In this document: piece after piece, positions 46,387-57,200 of the stretch
Layout of the letters: each line of letters opens with the position of its first letter
Numbering within the stretch: position 1 is the first letter of the stretch
Source of the DNA: a virus
Taxonomy: Duplodnaviria > Caudoviricetes
Length of the DNA stretch: 64,000 nucleotides
Reading direction: 5' to 3' (one strand)
Virus record (IMG/VR): IMGVR_UViG_3300037189_004920
Location: 816 to 64,815 of that record
Program-made: the position numbers and the translations under genes
The notes under the pieces: model-generated
Seen by the model: the letters and a program-made list of their open reading frames with translations, nothing else
Databases searched by the model: none
What the model was told of the DNA's origin: nothing

Positions 46387-46895
46387 AACAAATATTGTTC
46401 CCAACTTGGATGAGCAAGATAGAAAGGCATCTTCTTGCGCTTTTCAACCAGTTCCCAATAGCTTGGTTTATATGGTTGACGCTTAGGTTTAATGCGTTTA
46501 TCGTTGCCTTTGTTGGCATTACATTTTGAACAAGCACACGTAGCATTTTCCCACACGCTTTTACCGCCGTGTGATGTTGGCAACACATGGTCTAAGGTTG
46601 CTGTTTTCTTGTTGACTTGTGCGCCGCAGTACTGGCATTTAAAATCATCGCGGAGAAAAACATTCTGCTTGCTGTAACGAACATACGATTTTGCCTTTTG
46701 ATAATCCCTTAACACCATAACGGCAGGAATCTTGGTTTCCCAAGACGAGCTACGCACCACTCGGTCTTCGTGCCATTCCAAAGGAACAGCCTTGTCCAAA
46801 ACGAGATAAGTGATAGCGTCCTGCCAAGATATAGTACTCAAAGGGAGTACACTAACTGGTTGGCAGTCTGCATTTAGGATTAGACATTCTGACAT
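46383..46895 (-). CDS. HNH endonuclease
   Basis: RD.FKCQYCG...TLDHVLP.S.GG...WEN...C..CN..K. Confidence 0.9.
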   Translation of the reverse strand: MSECLILNADCQPVSVLPLSTISWQDAITYLVLDKAVPLEWHEDRVVRSSSWETKIPAVMVLRDYQKAKSYVRYSKQNVFLRDDFKCQYCGAQVNKKTATLDHVLPTSHGGKSVWENATCACSKCNANKGNDKRIKPKRQPYKPSYWELVEKRKKMPFYLAHPSWEQYLL

Positions 46896-46989
46896 TAAAA
46901 CCTCACTTAAAACAATATTTACCTTGAGATTATAGCACGAAACTGCCAAAAGAGCAAGGTACAACATACTTAAACGAATAATTAATTTT

Positions 46990-47409
46990 ATGAAAAAACT
47001 ATTTTGGAAACTACTTGGATTTATAAGTTTGGGCTTGGCCTATATTGGGGTTATTACCCCTGGAATGCCATATTCTATCTTTGTTGTATTCGCAGCCTAT
47101 TGTTTTGCCAAAGGTTCACCAAAAATGCATGCCTGGCTGTACAATCACAAGTTGTTTGGGCCGTTCCTAACCAATTGGGGTGAAAAGCGTGTGTTCCCAA
47201 CTAAAATGAAATACTTTATGTTGGTCATGATGACCAGTAGTTTGATCATCATGTATTTTACAGGAGTAAAACCAATTGGAATTATTAGTACTGCAATTTT
47301 TATGGGGCTTGTTGCTATTTGGGCTTGGAGGTTTCCTGGCTCTGTTGCCCATTATGATCAGCGCATCGCTAAAGGCAAAAAAGTAGGTTGGTTTAATAAC
47401 AACTTTTGA
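46990..47409 (+). CDS. YbaN (DUF454) membrane protein
   Basis: LGLAYIGVITPG.P...F...AAYCFAKGS...HAWL..H..FGP...W. Confidence 0.85.
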   Translation: MKKLFWKLLGFISLGLAYIGVITPGMPYSIFVVFAAYCFAKGSPKMHAWLYNHKLFGPFLTNWGEKRVFPTKMKYFMLVMMTSSLIIMYFTGVKPIGIISTAIFMGLVAIWAWRFPGSVAHYDQRIAKGKKVGWFNNNF

Positions 47410-47444
47410 ATATAAATAAATTTATAATTTCAAAGGAGCCACAG

Positions 47445-47828
47445 ATGGCAGATTTATATTCAACATTAGGTACTAACGCTAAGAAAACATTCGATAGCAC
47501 ACAGTTTGGTACTCGTGATTTAGTATTTTTACAGATTGATGCACAGCAAGATATTGAAACTAACTACACAGCATCAAACAGCGTTTTTACTGAATTAATC
47601 CAATGTCTACAACAAAGAGTTGAGATTTACGGCGTTGGCATTCCAGACGGACAAGAAGTCACTGTTGTAGTCAGCAGACAATCTGTCCCATTCACTGACA
47701 ATGAAGAAGCAGATGCAGGCGGTAATGTCAGCGTTTTACAAGACATGATCAATGCAAGTGCTACATTTAGTGGTGTTAATGTGTTCCACGGTAAGATGAA
47801 CGGTTGGTCAATCCAAAACGATTGCTAA
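47445..47828 (+). CDS. hypothetical late protein
   Basis: TATAAATA upstream, AGGAG RBS, terminator downstream. Confidence 0.7.
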   Translation: MADLYSTLGTNAKKTFDSTQFGTRDLVFLQIDAQQDIETNYTASNSVFTELIQCLQQRVEIYGVGIPDGQEVTVVVSRQSVPFTDNEEADAGGNVSVLQDMINASATFSGVNVFHGKMNGWSIQNDC

Positions 47829-47843
47829 TCTAATCTAGCAAAC

Positions 47844-47873
47844 AAAGCCCAGATTAAGCCCTGGGCTTTTTTT
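47844..47873 (+). terminator. intrinsic terminator
   Basis: AAAGCCCAG...CTGGGCTTT followed by T run. Confidence 0.75.
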
Positions 47874-47891
47874 ACGGCTGTAAATACCTGT

Positions 47892-48551
47892 ATGAAAATT
47901 AGACGAAATAGTGAGCGTGGCTATATTCCTCACAGCAGACTAGGCGAAGATAACTTTGAAAGCTATCGTAGTTTTAGTTTTGAAGGCTACCAAGATCCCA
48001 AGTACGATTGCTGGGGTCCTATTAGAACAATTAACGATGATAGAGCACAACCTGGATTTATTACCAGCCATCACGAACATGTGGGTTTAGATATTCTAAG
48101 TTATGTAGTACGAGGTCAGGTGCATCATAAGGATAACTTGGGCAACGAACTTCAAGCACAAGAAGGACAAGTACAATGGATGAGTTGTGGTACAGGCATT
48201 TGGCACACAGAAGGAAACACTAGTGACAAGCCTAACCGTTACTTACAAATATGGATCATGCCCAATAAGATTGCTCCAGTGTGGCAACCTAAATATGAAT
48301 TAATAACTCGACCAGCTGGGTTTGCCAAGTTGCCTTTACAGTTACAAAACACAGAGCTAGAAGTGTGGGCTGGCAACTTAGATTGTTACATGGATATTGT
48401 TAACAGTTATCTATTGGTATTAGAAGGAAGCATTCGTGTAGGAGATACTATACTTACAGAAGGAGATAGTATTGATACAGAAGGCGACTATGTTACTGTG
48501 GAGCCAATAGGAACACCACACCTACTACTGTTTGAACTACACTACAATTAA
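47892..48551 (+). CDS. pirin family protein
   Basis: SFSF..Y...INDD...H.H...I.SYV..G...H.D...VQWM..GTGIWH.E...LQIW. Confidence 0.9.
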   Translation: MKIRRNSERGYIPHSRLGEDNFESYRSFSFEGYQDPKYDCWGPIRTINDDRAQPGFITSHHEHVGLDILSYVVRGQVHHKDNLGNELQAQEGQVQWMSCGTGIWHTEGNTSDKPNRYLQIWIMPNKIAPVWQPKYELITRPAGFAKLPLQLQNTELEVWAGNLDCYMDIVNSYLLVLEGSIRVGDTILTEGDSIDTEGDYVTVEPIGTPHLLLFELHYN

Positions 48552-49738
48552 AACATTGTTTTAAGAGCTTTAACCAAATCCTCAATCATTCCATCATCGT
48601 GAAACGGAGTAGGCGCAAAACGTAAACGCTCTGTCCCCACAGCCACAGTAGGATAGTTGATTGGCTGCACATATATGTTGTGCTCGTTTAGTAATGCATC
48701 ACTCATGGCTTTACACTTCTTAGCATCTCCCACTAGCACAGGAACAATATGTTCTGTAGCACAACTCATAACTTCAATACCAGCAACACCTAAACGATGT
48801 TTTAGTTTACGAGCACGTTCTTGATGCTTCTCACGTATCTCATTGTGATCTTTAAGATACTTAACAGCCGCTAGAGCGCCTGCACAACTAACTGGGCTCA
48901 TACTGGTAGTAAAGATAAAGCCAGCTGCCACACTACGAATCGCATCACACACTACGGAGTCGGCAGCAATATAGCCGCCCTGTACTCCAAATGCCTTGCC
49001 CAGTGTACCATTTATGATATCTATTTCAGATTCTAGTCCAAGCTCTTCAACTTTGCCACCGCCATGTTGTCCATATAAACCAACAGCGTGAACTTCATCA
49101 ATATAGGTAATGGCTTTGTATTTTTTAGCAAGGCGGCATATTTCTTTAATGGGACTAACATCGCCATCCATGCTGTAGACACTTTCAAAAGCAATGCATG
49201 GTGTATTTCCTTGTGCAAAACTAATTTTAAGTTTCTGTTCTAAATCTTCTAAGTCGTTGTGTTTGAATACAACTTTCTTGGCTCGACTATGACTCATGCC
49301 CACAATCATACTGTTGTGGTTATTTTCATCACTGATATATTCTATGTTGGGTATAATTTTAGCAAGAGCAATAAACGTCCATTCATTAGCAACATAGGCA
49401 CTACTGAAAAGCAGTGCTTTGGGTTTCTTATGTAACTGAGCAAGTTCGTATTCAAGGGCCACGTGATAGTGACTGGTCCCGCCAATATTGCGGGTGCCGC
49501 CTGATCCTGCCCCAGTATGATCTAAGGCGGTGTGCATGGCATCTAGCACAACTTTGTGCTGTCCCATGCCCAAATAATCATTTGAACACCAATTAACTAT
49601 GTTTTTAATGTTGTAAGGCCCGTACCAAATGGCTGTGGGGAATTTGCCCGCCTCACGCACAATGTCATTAAACACGCGGTATTTGCCCGTTTCTTTTAGG
49701 CTTTCTATCAGGTCTTGAAAAGGTTGCTTGTTAATCAT
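48548..49738 (-). CDS. hemA: 5-aminolevulinate synthase (C4 pathway)
   Basis: [60 protein letters not shown]. Confidence 0.92.
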   Translation of the reverse strand: MINKQPFQDLIESLKETGKYRVFNDIVREAGKFPTAIWYGPYNIKNIVNWCSNDYLGMGQHKVVLDAMHTALDHTGAGSGGTRNIGGTSHYHVALEYELAQLHKKPKALLFSSAYVANEWTFIALAKIIPNIEYISDENNHNSMIVGMSHSRAKKVVFKHNDLEDLEQKLKISFAQGNTPCIAFESVYSMDGDVSPIKEICRLAKKYKAITYIDEVHAVGLYGQHGGGKVEELGLESEIDIINGTLGKAFGVQGGYIAADSVVCDAIRSVAAGFIFTTSMSPVSCAGALAAVKYLKDHNEIREKHQERARKLKHRLGVAGIEVMSCATEHIVPVLVGDAKKCKAMSDALLNEHNIYVQPINYPTVAVGTERLRFAPTPFHDDGMIEDLVKALKTMF

Positions 49739-49779
49739 ATAGCCTTATTTAAACTAAATATTGATAGAGGGCGACTAAA

Positions 49780-50052
49780 ATGAGCAGACAACTAATCAAT
49801 TTGGGCAATGAAAACGCTGGCAATGGCGACCCATTACGCATTGCCTTTGAAAAGGTCAATGACAACTTTACTGAGGTATATGCGTTGTTAGGAGGCCCAG
49901 CAACTGATTTACAAGAACTAGCACAAGATTACGCGGCAGAAATGCTGACTACAGTAACACATAATGGTATCATTACCTCATATAATAATTCTACAAATAA
50001 ATTGACTTTAACAGTAGTGATTGATGGCGGCACTGCTTCAACAGTGTTTTAA
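49780..50052 (+). CDS. baseplate/fibre attachment-domain protein
   Basis: GDPLRIAFEKVNDNFTEVY, a T4 gp9/gp10-type N-terminal motif. Confidence 0.7.
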   Translation: MSRQLINLGNENAGNGDPLRIAFEKVNDNFTEVYALLGGPATDLQELAQDYAAEMLTTVTHNGIITSYNNSTNKLTLTVVIDGGTASTVF

Positions 50053-50064
50053 GGATAAAAGAAT

Positions 50065-53000
50065 ATGGCAACGCAGATTAAATTAAGAAGGGACACGTAT
50101 CAGAATTGGTTTGATAATAATCCAGTTCTAGGACTAGCTGAACCTGGCTATGATACCACTAACAAAAAACTAAAAATTGGTGATGGAGTCACTACTTGGC
50201 GCCTACTTCCTTATTTTGATGATAAGGAAACGGATCTTAGTGCAGTTGCACAAAATATTGTCCCAAGTGTAGACAGCAACGGTACTACAGGGTATACACT
50301 AGGAAGTCCAAGTTTTAAATGGAAAGAATTATTTGTATCTAATGGATCAATTTATATTGGTGATGTTAAACTATCTAACGTTGCTGGTAAACTTGTTGCT
50401 ACAAAGGTTGTTAATCCTGGAGAAGATGACGAAGCTGAAGATCCTGATGATTCAGATGCAGCTAGCGAAATTGGTAACGGCGGGGGAATACAATTACCTT
50501 CACAAAGTGGACAAGAAGGAAAATTTTTAACAACAGATGGTGATGAATTAAGTTGGGCCACAGTAACTGGCGGCGATGCTGACTTAGGGTCGTTTACTAT
50601 CGAAAGTAACATACTAAGTGTAAACTCTGGCACAGATATCTACATCGAAACATACGAAACTGATGGTGACGGTGAAAGCAGATTGATATTAAAGCCACAA
50701 GAGGATGACGATGGTGACAACCCAACTCGAATAGAAGGTTCATACGGTGTAGGCATTTGGGCCAATACTACCGGCACAGCGAAGAAATGGTTGTTTGGCT
50801 CAGATGGTGATCTAAAACTACCAGCAGGTGGAGACATTGTTGACAGCAGTGGCAACTCAGTATTAGGTGGAGGCGGTGGCGGTGCTGTTGTAGATCGTGC
50901 GGTTAGTTTTCCCAACGGTGAAGCTGGCGACACAGAGGGTACCTTGGCCAACGACAATGGTGTATTGTATTTCTGTACAGCAGACTATGTTGATTTCAAT
51001 CAATATATTGACACACCATTCAGCCTAGAAACCAACCAAGATTTTCTAGTTGGGCAAACAGGCAACTTACTAAATGTAGCAACTATATCGCGAGAATCTA
51101 ACGCTTTTGTTTTATTCATACTAGAGAACGGTGGTACTACTGCCAGCGACTGGTCTATCACAATGACTGACGGCGACTTTGGCGGAGCACAGACCTGTAC
51201 TGCTGTAGGATTTAATGTCGATGACGATATTAACTTTTTATGGACACACCGCAATGACGATCCAAACAGTATCCCAGAAGGTTCTACGTTTACTGTAACA
51301 TATACAGGCACATTAAATCGCCCAGCAATTTGGGAAAGAATTAGTGGCGGTGGCAATCTTATTGAATACTATGACGAAGTATTAGATTATACCAGTTCAG
51401 TTGAACTGACAGGAGATTTTAGAGTAGATGTAGATGATGCTCATTTAGAAGTAGACGGAGACGGATATTGGTCGTTGGGTAGTAATAACTACGACACTAA
51501 AATATTCTCAACGAGCCGCACAGGGCCTGATCCAGTGGATATCACCATCCGAGCCAACGACAATGATTGGGTTTTTAAAAGTGATGGTGGCTTGGCATTC
51601 CCAGATGGCACACTACAGACCACAGCCTATACTGGACAGTCGGGCGGCGTTACTAGCAGACGATTTGTTGCTGTAAGTAGAGATGGTAAAGTCTACGGTT
51701 CCACAGACGGTGAGAACTGGACATCATATGTCAGCCCAATAACTAACATTAGTGAGGTTGCTGTTGGCCCTAATCGAATTGTTTATGTTGCGGCCAATAG
51801 CAATGACCTTGAAAGCCGATCACTATGGTATGCTACCGCTTATAACTCTACTCCTACAGAAGTGGCACCTCCTGAAAATGTACTAGAATATTACGAGAGA
51901 GTATACTATTTCAGCAGTATCGAAAAATATGTAGCAGTGGGATATGTTGCCGAAGGCAATGACTTTCCAATATTACTACACAGCAGTGATGGTATTACTT
52001 GGACTCGTTCATATGTCTCTGAGGAATTGATAACAGAACTTGGCGTTAGCGGCAGTGTGAGGTTCGAAGATATCGCAGAAAATGATCTAGGATTTTTCGT
52101 TGTTTCAGATGATAGTGACCTAGGTGGATTCTTCCTTGAAAACATCACAGATCCGTTAGACAGCACAACCCATGTTGATCAGACAACCGATTTTGATCAC
52201 GTAGTTTGGGTAGAAACTGCCAACAGCAATCTCGGAGGCTGGCACGCTTTTGAAAGTGCTGAAGAATGGTATCACAATCCAAATCCTGATCCTCGTCAGG
52301 GAACATTTGCGAATTTTGCTCTTGAAGATGACATAGATGATATCACTGAGTCACAATTAGGTGTCAGCGTGGACATTAGAGAAACGGCAGTGGGTGTACA
52401 CAACGGTGTAACAACTCTTGTATTGTCCACACAAAGAGGACACATCCTGTACTGGCCGGTATCAAATGCCTTGCCAACTGTGGTAATTCCCGAACCCTAC
52501 ACATCTAGTATTAGTGACATTATTCGCGGAACAATTACAGAGATCGAATGGACTGGTGACTATGAGCCAGAAGAGAGCGGTGAAAAGATTGTTATCACAG
52601 GAGTGACCACTCAACAAGGCGAGCCAGGGACTACTAACCAAAGTTATAATGGTATCAAGTATATTAAGAATAACGGTGGCATTTATGAACTCTATACAGA
52701 CCAAGCATTAACTACGCCGTGGAACACTACCACATATTGGCCAGTTAATACCAATACTGGTACACTGACTTGGAGTCACGGTGCGGACATTGATGCCCTA
52801 CACTATGACGATGGTGTGTTCTATATTGGCAACGATAATCACCAACTGTTTAGATCAACTACTGGTGGAGCAACTTGGACTCAACTTGGTACAGATGAAG
52901 GTACGGCAGATTTTGAATATATTTCTTCCTATGGTACAGTAGTTGCTGACACTACCACAGTGGTCAGTCAGGACACAGCACCCACAGCGGACAATGGCTC

Positions 53001-54009
53001 ACTATGGTTTAACACAGCAGAAGGAAGACTCTACATCAAGTACAGCGATGCTTGGATTGATGCGGCTCCTCTAGTTCAACCGCCACCAGACACTGACATT
53101 GATGTTAACTCAATTACATTTGCAGATGCTTCAGTATTAACTTCTGTGGCGGACCTAACTCCCAACAAGTTGGTTAACGGTGATAATGAACTAGTGCTTG
53201 CCACAGATGGTACACTGACATTCCCTGGTGGCAATATCAGCGTAGGTAGCATTCAAGGACAAGAAGTCATTATAGGAAGTACTAACGCTACTATAAATGT
53301 AATAGCACAGGGCGCAACTGGCGTGGCCAGTCTCGGATGGGCTGAAGACGGAATTGATAGTGTTATTGTTGGATCAAACGTTGCGGCTGTAACCGTTAAC
53401 AGTCCAGGCAACAGTTCCCCAGGCACAGTTGAGATAACGACAGGTAATAGTGGTATTGGCACAAACATCTGGGAGTTTAGACCAGATGGTACTACAAAGT
53501 TTCCTAACGGTGTTATCAGACCACCGTTAGGTGATAATACTACCACAATAGAGTCCGAAAACGGCCTAACTAGTCTTGAAGTTGCTAATGGTTCAGTTGT
53601 TATAACCGCACAAACTTCTACAGAAAATACCTGGACATTTGGCACCAATGGTAGTTTAACTTTCCCAGATAACACAGTACAGACTACTGCTTATACTGGG
53701 TCAAATGTACAGGGTGAATACATATACGCATTTAACGGTACAAACACAGAATTAACTATTACTAACGTTAACTTCAACTTGTTATTTTGTACAGTAGCAA
53801 ACGCATACGCAGGATCAGCAACGCACACCGTAAACTTGCCTGCGGGAACTCCTGGACAACGATTAGTAGTTATAAACTCAACTACACTTTGTACTCTAGT
53901 AGTCTCAGGTGCTGGTGAGGGCGATTCCTCTGTCACTGTTAACAGCGGCCCAGCAGAATACATCTACACTACTAATGAGGGTTGGTTTGCGATGTACGGC
54001 ACAGTATAA
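50065..54009 (+). CDS. tail fibre/receptor-binding protein
   Basis: IKLRRDT...NPVL..AEPGYD...KIGDG N-terminus; BNR-like S.DG..W repeats; W.F..DG.L.FP repeats. Confidence 0.8.
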   Translation: MATQIKLRRDTYQNWFDNNPVLGLAEPGYDTTNKKLKIGDGVTTWRLLPYFDDKETDLSAVAQNIVPSVDSNGTTGYTLGSPSFKWKELFVSNGSIYIGDVKLSNVAGKLVATKVVNPGEDDEAEDPDDSDAASEIGNGGGIQLPSQSGQEGKFLTTDGDELSWATVTGGDADLGSFTIESNILSVNSGTDIYIETYETDGDGESRLILKPQEDDDGDNPTRIEGSYGVGIWANTTGTAKKWLFGSDGDLKLPAGGDIVDSSGNSVLGGGGGGAVVDRAVSFPNGEAGDTEGTLANDNGVLYFCTADYVDFNQYIDTPFSLETNQDFLVGQTGNLLNVATISRESNAFVLFILENGGTTASDWSITMTDGDFGGAQTCTAVGFNVDDDINFLWTHRNDDPNSIPEGSTFTVTYTGTLNRPAIWERISGGGNLIEYYDEVLDYTSSVELTGDFRVDVDDAHLEVDGDGYWSLGSNNYDTKIFSTSRTGPDPVDITIRANDNDWVFKSDGGLAFPDGTLQTTAYTGQSGGVTSRRFVAVSRDGKVYGSTDGENWTSYVSPITNISEVAVGPNRIVYVAANSNDLESRSLWYATAYNSTPTEVAPPENVLEYYERVYYFSSIEKYVAVGYVAEGNDFPILLHSSDGITWTRSYVSEELITELGVSGSVRFEDIAENDLGFFVVSDDSDLGGFFLENITDPLDSTTHVDQTTDFDHVVWVETANSNLGGWHAFESAEEWYHNPNPDPRQGTFANFALEDDIDDITESQLGVSVDIRETAVGVHNGVTTLVLSTQRGHILYWPVSNALPTVVIPEPYTSSISDIIRGTITEIEWTGDYEPEESGEKIVITGVTTQQGEPGTTNQSYNGIKYIKNNGGIYELYTDQALTTPWNTTTYWPVNTNTGTLTWSHGADIDALHYDDGVFYIGNDNHQLFRSTTGGATWTQLGTDEGTADFEYISSYGTVVADTTTVVSQDTAPTADNGSLWFNTAEGRLYIKYSDAWIDAAPLVQPPPDTDIDVNSITFADASVLTSVADLTPNKLVNGDNELVLATDGTLTFPGGNISVGSIQGQEVIIGSTNATINVIAQGATGVASLGWAEDGIDSVIVGSNVAAVTVNSPGNSSPGTVEITTGNSGIGTNIWEFRPDGTTKFPNGVIRPPLGDNTTTIESENGLTSLEVANGSVVITAQTSTENTWTFGTNGSLTFPDNTVQTTAYTGSNVQGEYIYAFNGTNTELTITNVNFNLLFCTVANAYAGSATHTVNLPAGTPGQRLVVINSTTLCTLVVSGAGEGDSSVTVNSGPAEYIYTTNEGWFAMYGTV

Positions 54010-54037
54010 AACCGATAAATATGAATAGGACACTTAA

Positions 54038-54241
54038 ATGGCAATAACATTTCCAACATCGCCCACAATAGGGCAAGAATACGTAGCAGATAACTCTGCC
54101 ACTTATCAATGGACGGGCAGTCAGTGGAGCACACAAGTTCCTTGGCTAGCAGGTAGAGCACAATATGTAGCAGGCGGCGGGGTTGCCGACCAGACTTACA
54201 ACGAAGATTTAGATAACACCCTTGGTGGAGGCGGAGCATAA
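54038..54241 (+). CDS. small tail-associated protein
   Basis: FPTSPTIGQ.Y...YQWTG..W module; AGGA RBS. Confidence 0.65.
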   Translation: MAITFPTSPTIGQEYVADNSATYQWTGSQWSTQVPWLAGRAQYVAGGGVADQTYNEDLDNTLGGGGA

Positions 54242-54242
54242 A

Positions 54243-57200
54243 ATGACAACAAGAATTAAATTACGTAGAGATACGGCGGCAAACTGGACAACAGCAAATC
54301 CAATCCTGGCTGCTGGTGAACCTGGTTTAGAATCAGACACTGGCAAGATCAAGTATGGTGACGGTGAAACTGCTTGGACCAGTTTAGACTATAACGGTGG
54401 CGGCGGAGACTCATTATCTGATGACGGCTCAGTTGTGGTCACAGCAGGTTCAACAGAGCACTGGATTGCCACACAGCGTAGAGATAATCAAAACGTTTAC
54501 CCTAAAGCCCTGCGTTATGACAGTCTAGGTAATTTGTATTCGTTGACTGACTCATATGACGGTCAAGATAATATTACTATTCTTACCAAATATACAGCCG
54601 CTGGTGCCATAGCATGGCAAAAATCATTCACTGGCTTTGATCCACATTCTTTGGCTATAGACAGCAGTGACCGTGCTTATATCACTTACACCGATGGTGG
54701 TGACATGTCGCCTCCCTATATTGGAGTATACAAGTTTGAAACCACAGGCGGCGTACTGTGGCAGAAAGAATATGACATGTCCGTAACGGCGTCATGGGAC
54801 GCCTTCATCGAAGAAAAGAGTGCTACCACATTGGCATTGGTATGTAGCGCCAGCGATGAAGCCCCAGGTCCAAACATGATCATAGCAATGGAAATCAGTG
54901 CTTCAACTGGAGCAGTTGAGATTAAACGACGAATCGCATTTGACGCTTTAGATGCAACAGTTTTTGTTACAGGTCTTGATGTTGACCCTGATGAAAATGT
55001 GTTTATCACAGGCTCACACTATAATAGTGCTGACAGTGTTACCAACATGTTTGTTGAAAAACTAGATCAGAATTTAGGTCGTGTATGGTCCAAGACTATT
55101 GATGTTGGTGCTACATTCAGTCAGACTGGTGGTGACTGTGCTAGTGACGCACTGGGCAATATCTATGCTGTGGGAGCATATATAGTTCGAACAATAAACA
55201 GCGGTAATGGTACTGGTGACACTGACGAACAATCTGCTGGTATTCTAGTCAAACTAAACTCTAGTGGTGTACTACAATGGACACGCAGACTTGGGCCAGG
55301 ACCTTGTGGTAGTTTTATCGCAGGCCTAACAGCCACAGCCACAGGCGATGTTTATCTATCAGCGGCCACTTTTGCTATCAGCACTGACAGTCAGACAGTT
55401 GAAAACGGTCAAAGTGCTCAAGAAGACCTTGGCGATAACAAAATGATTGTAGTTCGTTACACTACCACAGGTGATGTTGTTTGGCAACGCTATGTTGATG
55501 TAGCACATTTAGAAGAAATACCAAACAATCTAGCGGATGGCGACAGTCGCGGACAGGCCATAGCAGTATTTGAGGACAAGTTTGCTGTAGACGGATACGG
55601 CAATACTTGGAATACCACACCTTATGACGAAGGTTACTCACATGACAATGAATATGATTACTTTGTGGTACAGTTGCCCACAGCAGGCACAGACTTGACC
55701 ATTGGTGATCTACACTTTACAGAAAGCCGTGTTCCAGGTCGTTTCATTACACCTGAAACTGTTAGCACTCCGTTGGTTAACATTGCCTATCCTGAAACAA
55801 TTTCAGCAGAAACCGTTACAATAAACGCAGACGCAGTTGCTCGTGTTGCTAATGATATCGTTAACAGCGACACTTATGATTATACATTTGGTGCTGATGG
55901 TACACTGACTATTCCCAACGATGGCGATATTCGACTAACACAAAGTCAAGTAGGCTACATGATGTCCATAGGCAGTACTAATAATCTCGATCCAAGTGTT
56001 TATTATGCTACGCTAACAGTAGACGCAGATGGTTACACGTATGTAGGCGGAGAAGAAGGTAATGGCAGTAACGCAAGTATAACCAAGATTAGCCCAACAG
56101 GTGAAAGATTGTGGGGTGTGAATATTATTGAAGACAGCGAAGGATGGGAGAACAGAGTTAACGGACTTGTGGTAAATCCTGAAAATAACTCAGTGACCGC
56201 AATTCTTAGAATTTACACGGGCGACGATTGGTACGGTGCTGTAGTTACTCTAGATAAAGACACTGGTCGTATTTTAGATAACACAGAATACAAAGACTTG
56301 GGCAGTAACATTTACCTAAATGGTATTACTCTTGACAGCAACAACGACCCAATCATAGTGGGTGAAAAGAGTGGTGAGTTCGTTGCTCCAATCGTTGTTA
56401 CACCAGAAACTGGCAGCGGCACTGGTGTCATTAAAATCTTAAGAAGTGCTATTCCAAACACTGACGCTGAGAGTTGGGATATTGGCGGTACTGGCATTAC
56501 TGGATATGAAGCCATTCTTTATGTAGAACGCTACACAGGATTAACTGGCACAGTGCGTCAAGGCTCAGGTGCTACATTTGACATTATCGACAACGGTAAT
56601 GGCAGTTATAGTGCCGCGGTTGTTAATGGCGGTACAAATTATCTAGCAGGACACAAGATCAAGATTCTAGGTACTAGCCTAGGTGGTGCTACACCTGCCA
56701 ACGATATCACTATCACAGTACAAACTGTAAATGAAAACGGTGTTATTCAAGGAGGTGGTGTAGGCAATACAGGAACGGCCGCTGGCACTGAAACTGCTAC
56801 CTACACAGCATTATCGGGTGCTAACTTTGAAACAGGTTCTGGATTTGAATTTACACTACGAGGTTCAAGATACAGCAATAATTATAATGATTACAATGGT
56901 CTTAACGTTGATAATCCTGGCACAAACTATGTAGAAAATGACCGTATTGTTATTCCAGGCACAAGTCTAGGCGGCACTAGCCCTACTAACGACTTAACAA
57001 TAACAGTTGGAGTTAATGCTGGAGGAGTTAACACATGGTACAATCTAGCAGGTACAAGCCAATCAACTACTTGGAAACTAGAAACAACCACACAGGTTGA
57101 TTTTGCTGGTACAGGCTCTTGGTCTATTCAATATCCATTAAGTCAAGAAAGTCTGTTGATCACTAGTGGTTGGTCACGCACATTTGGCACTGATGCCAAT

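Noticed and set aside
46383-46895. HNH gene as a mobile homing element
   Set aside because: Free-standing McrA-like HNH with no interrupted gene or flanking intron features
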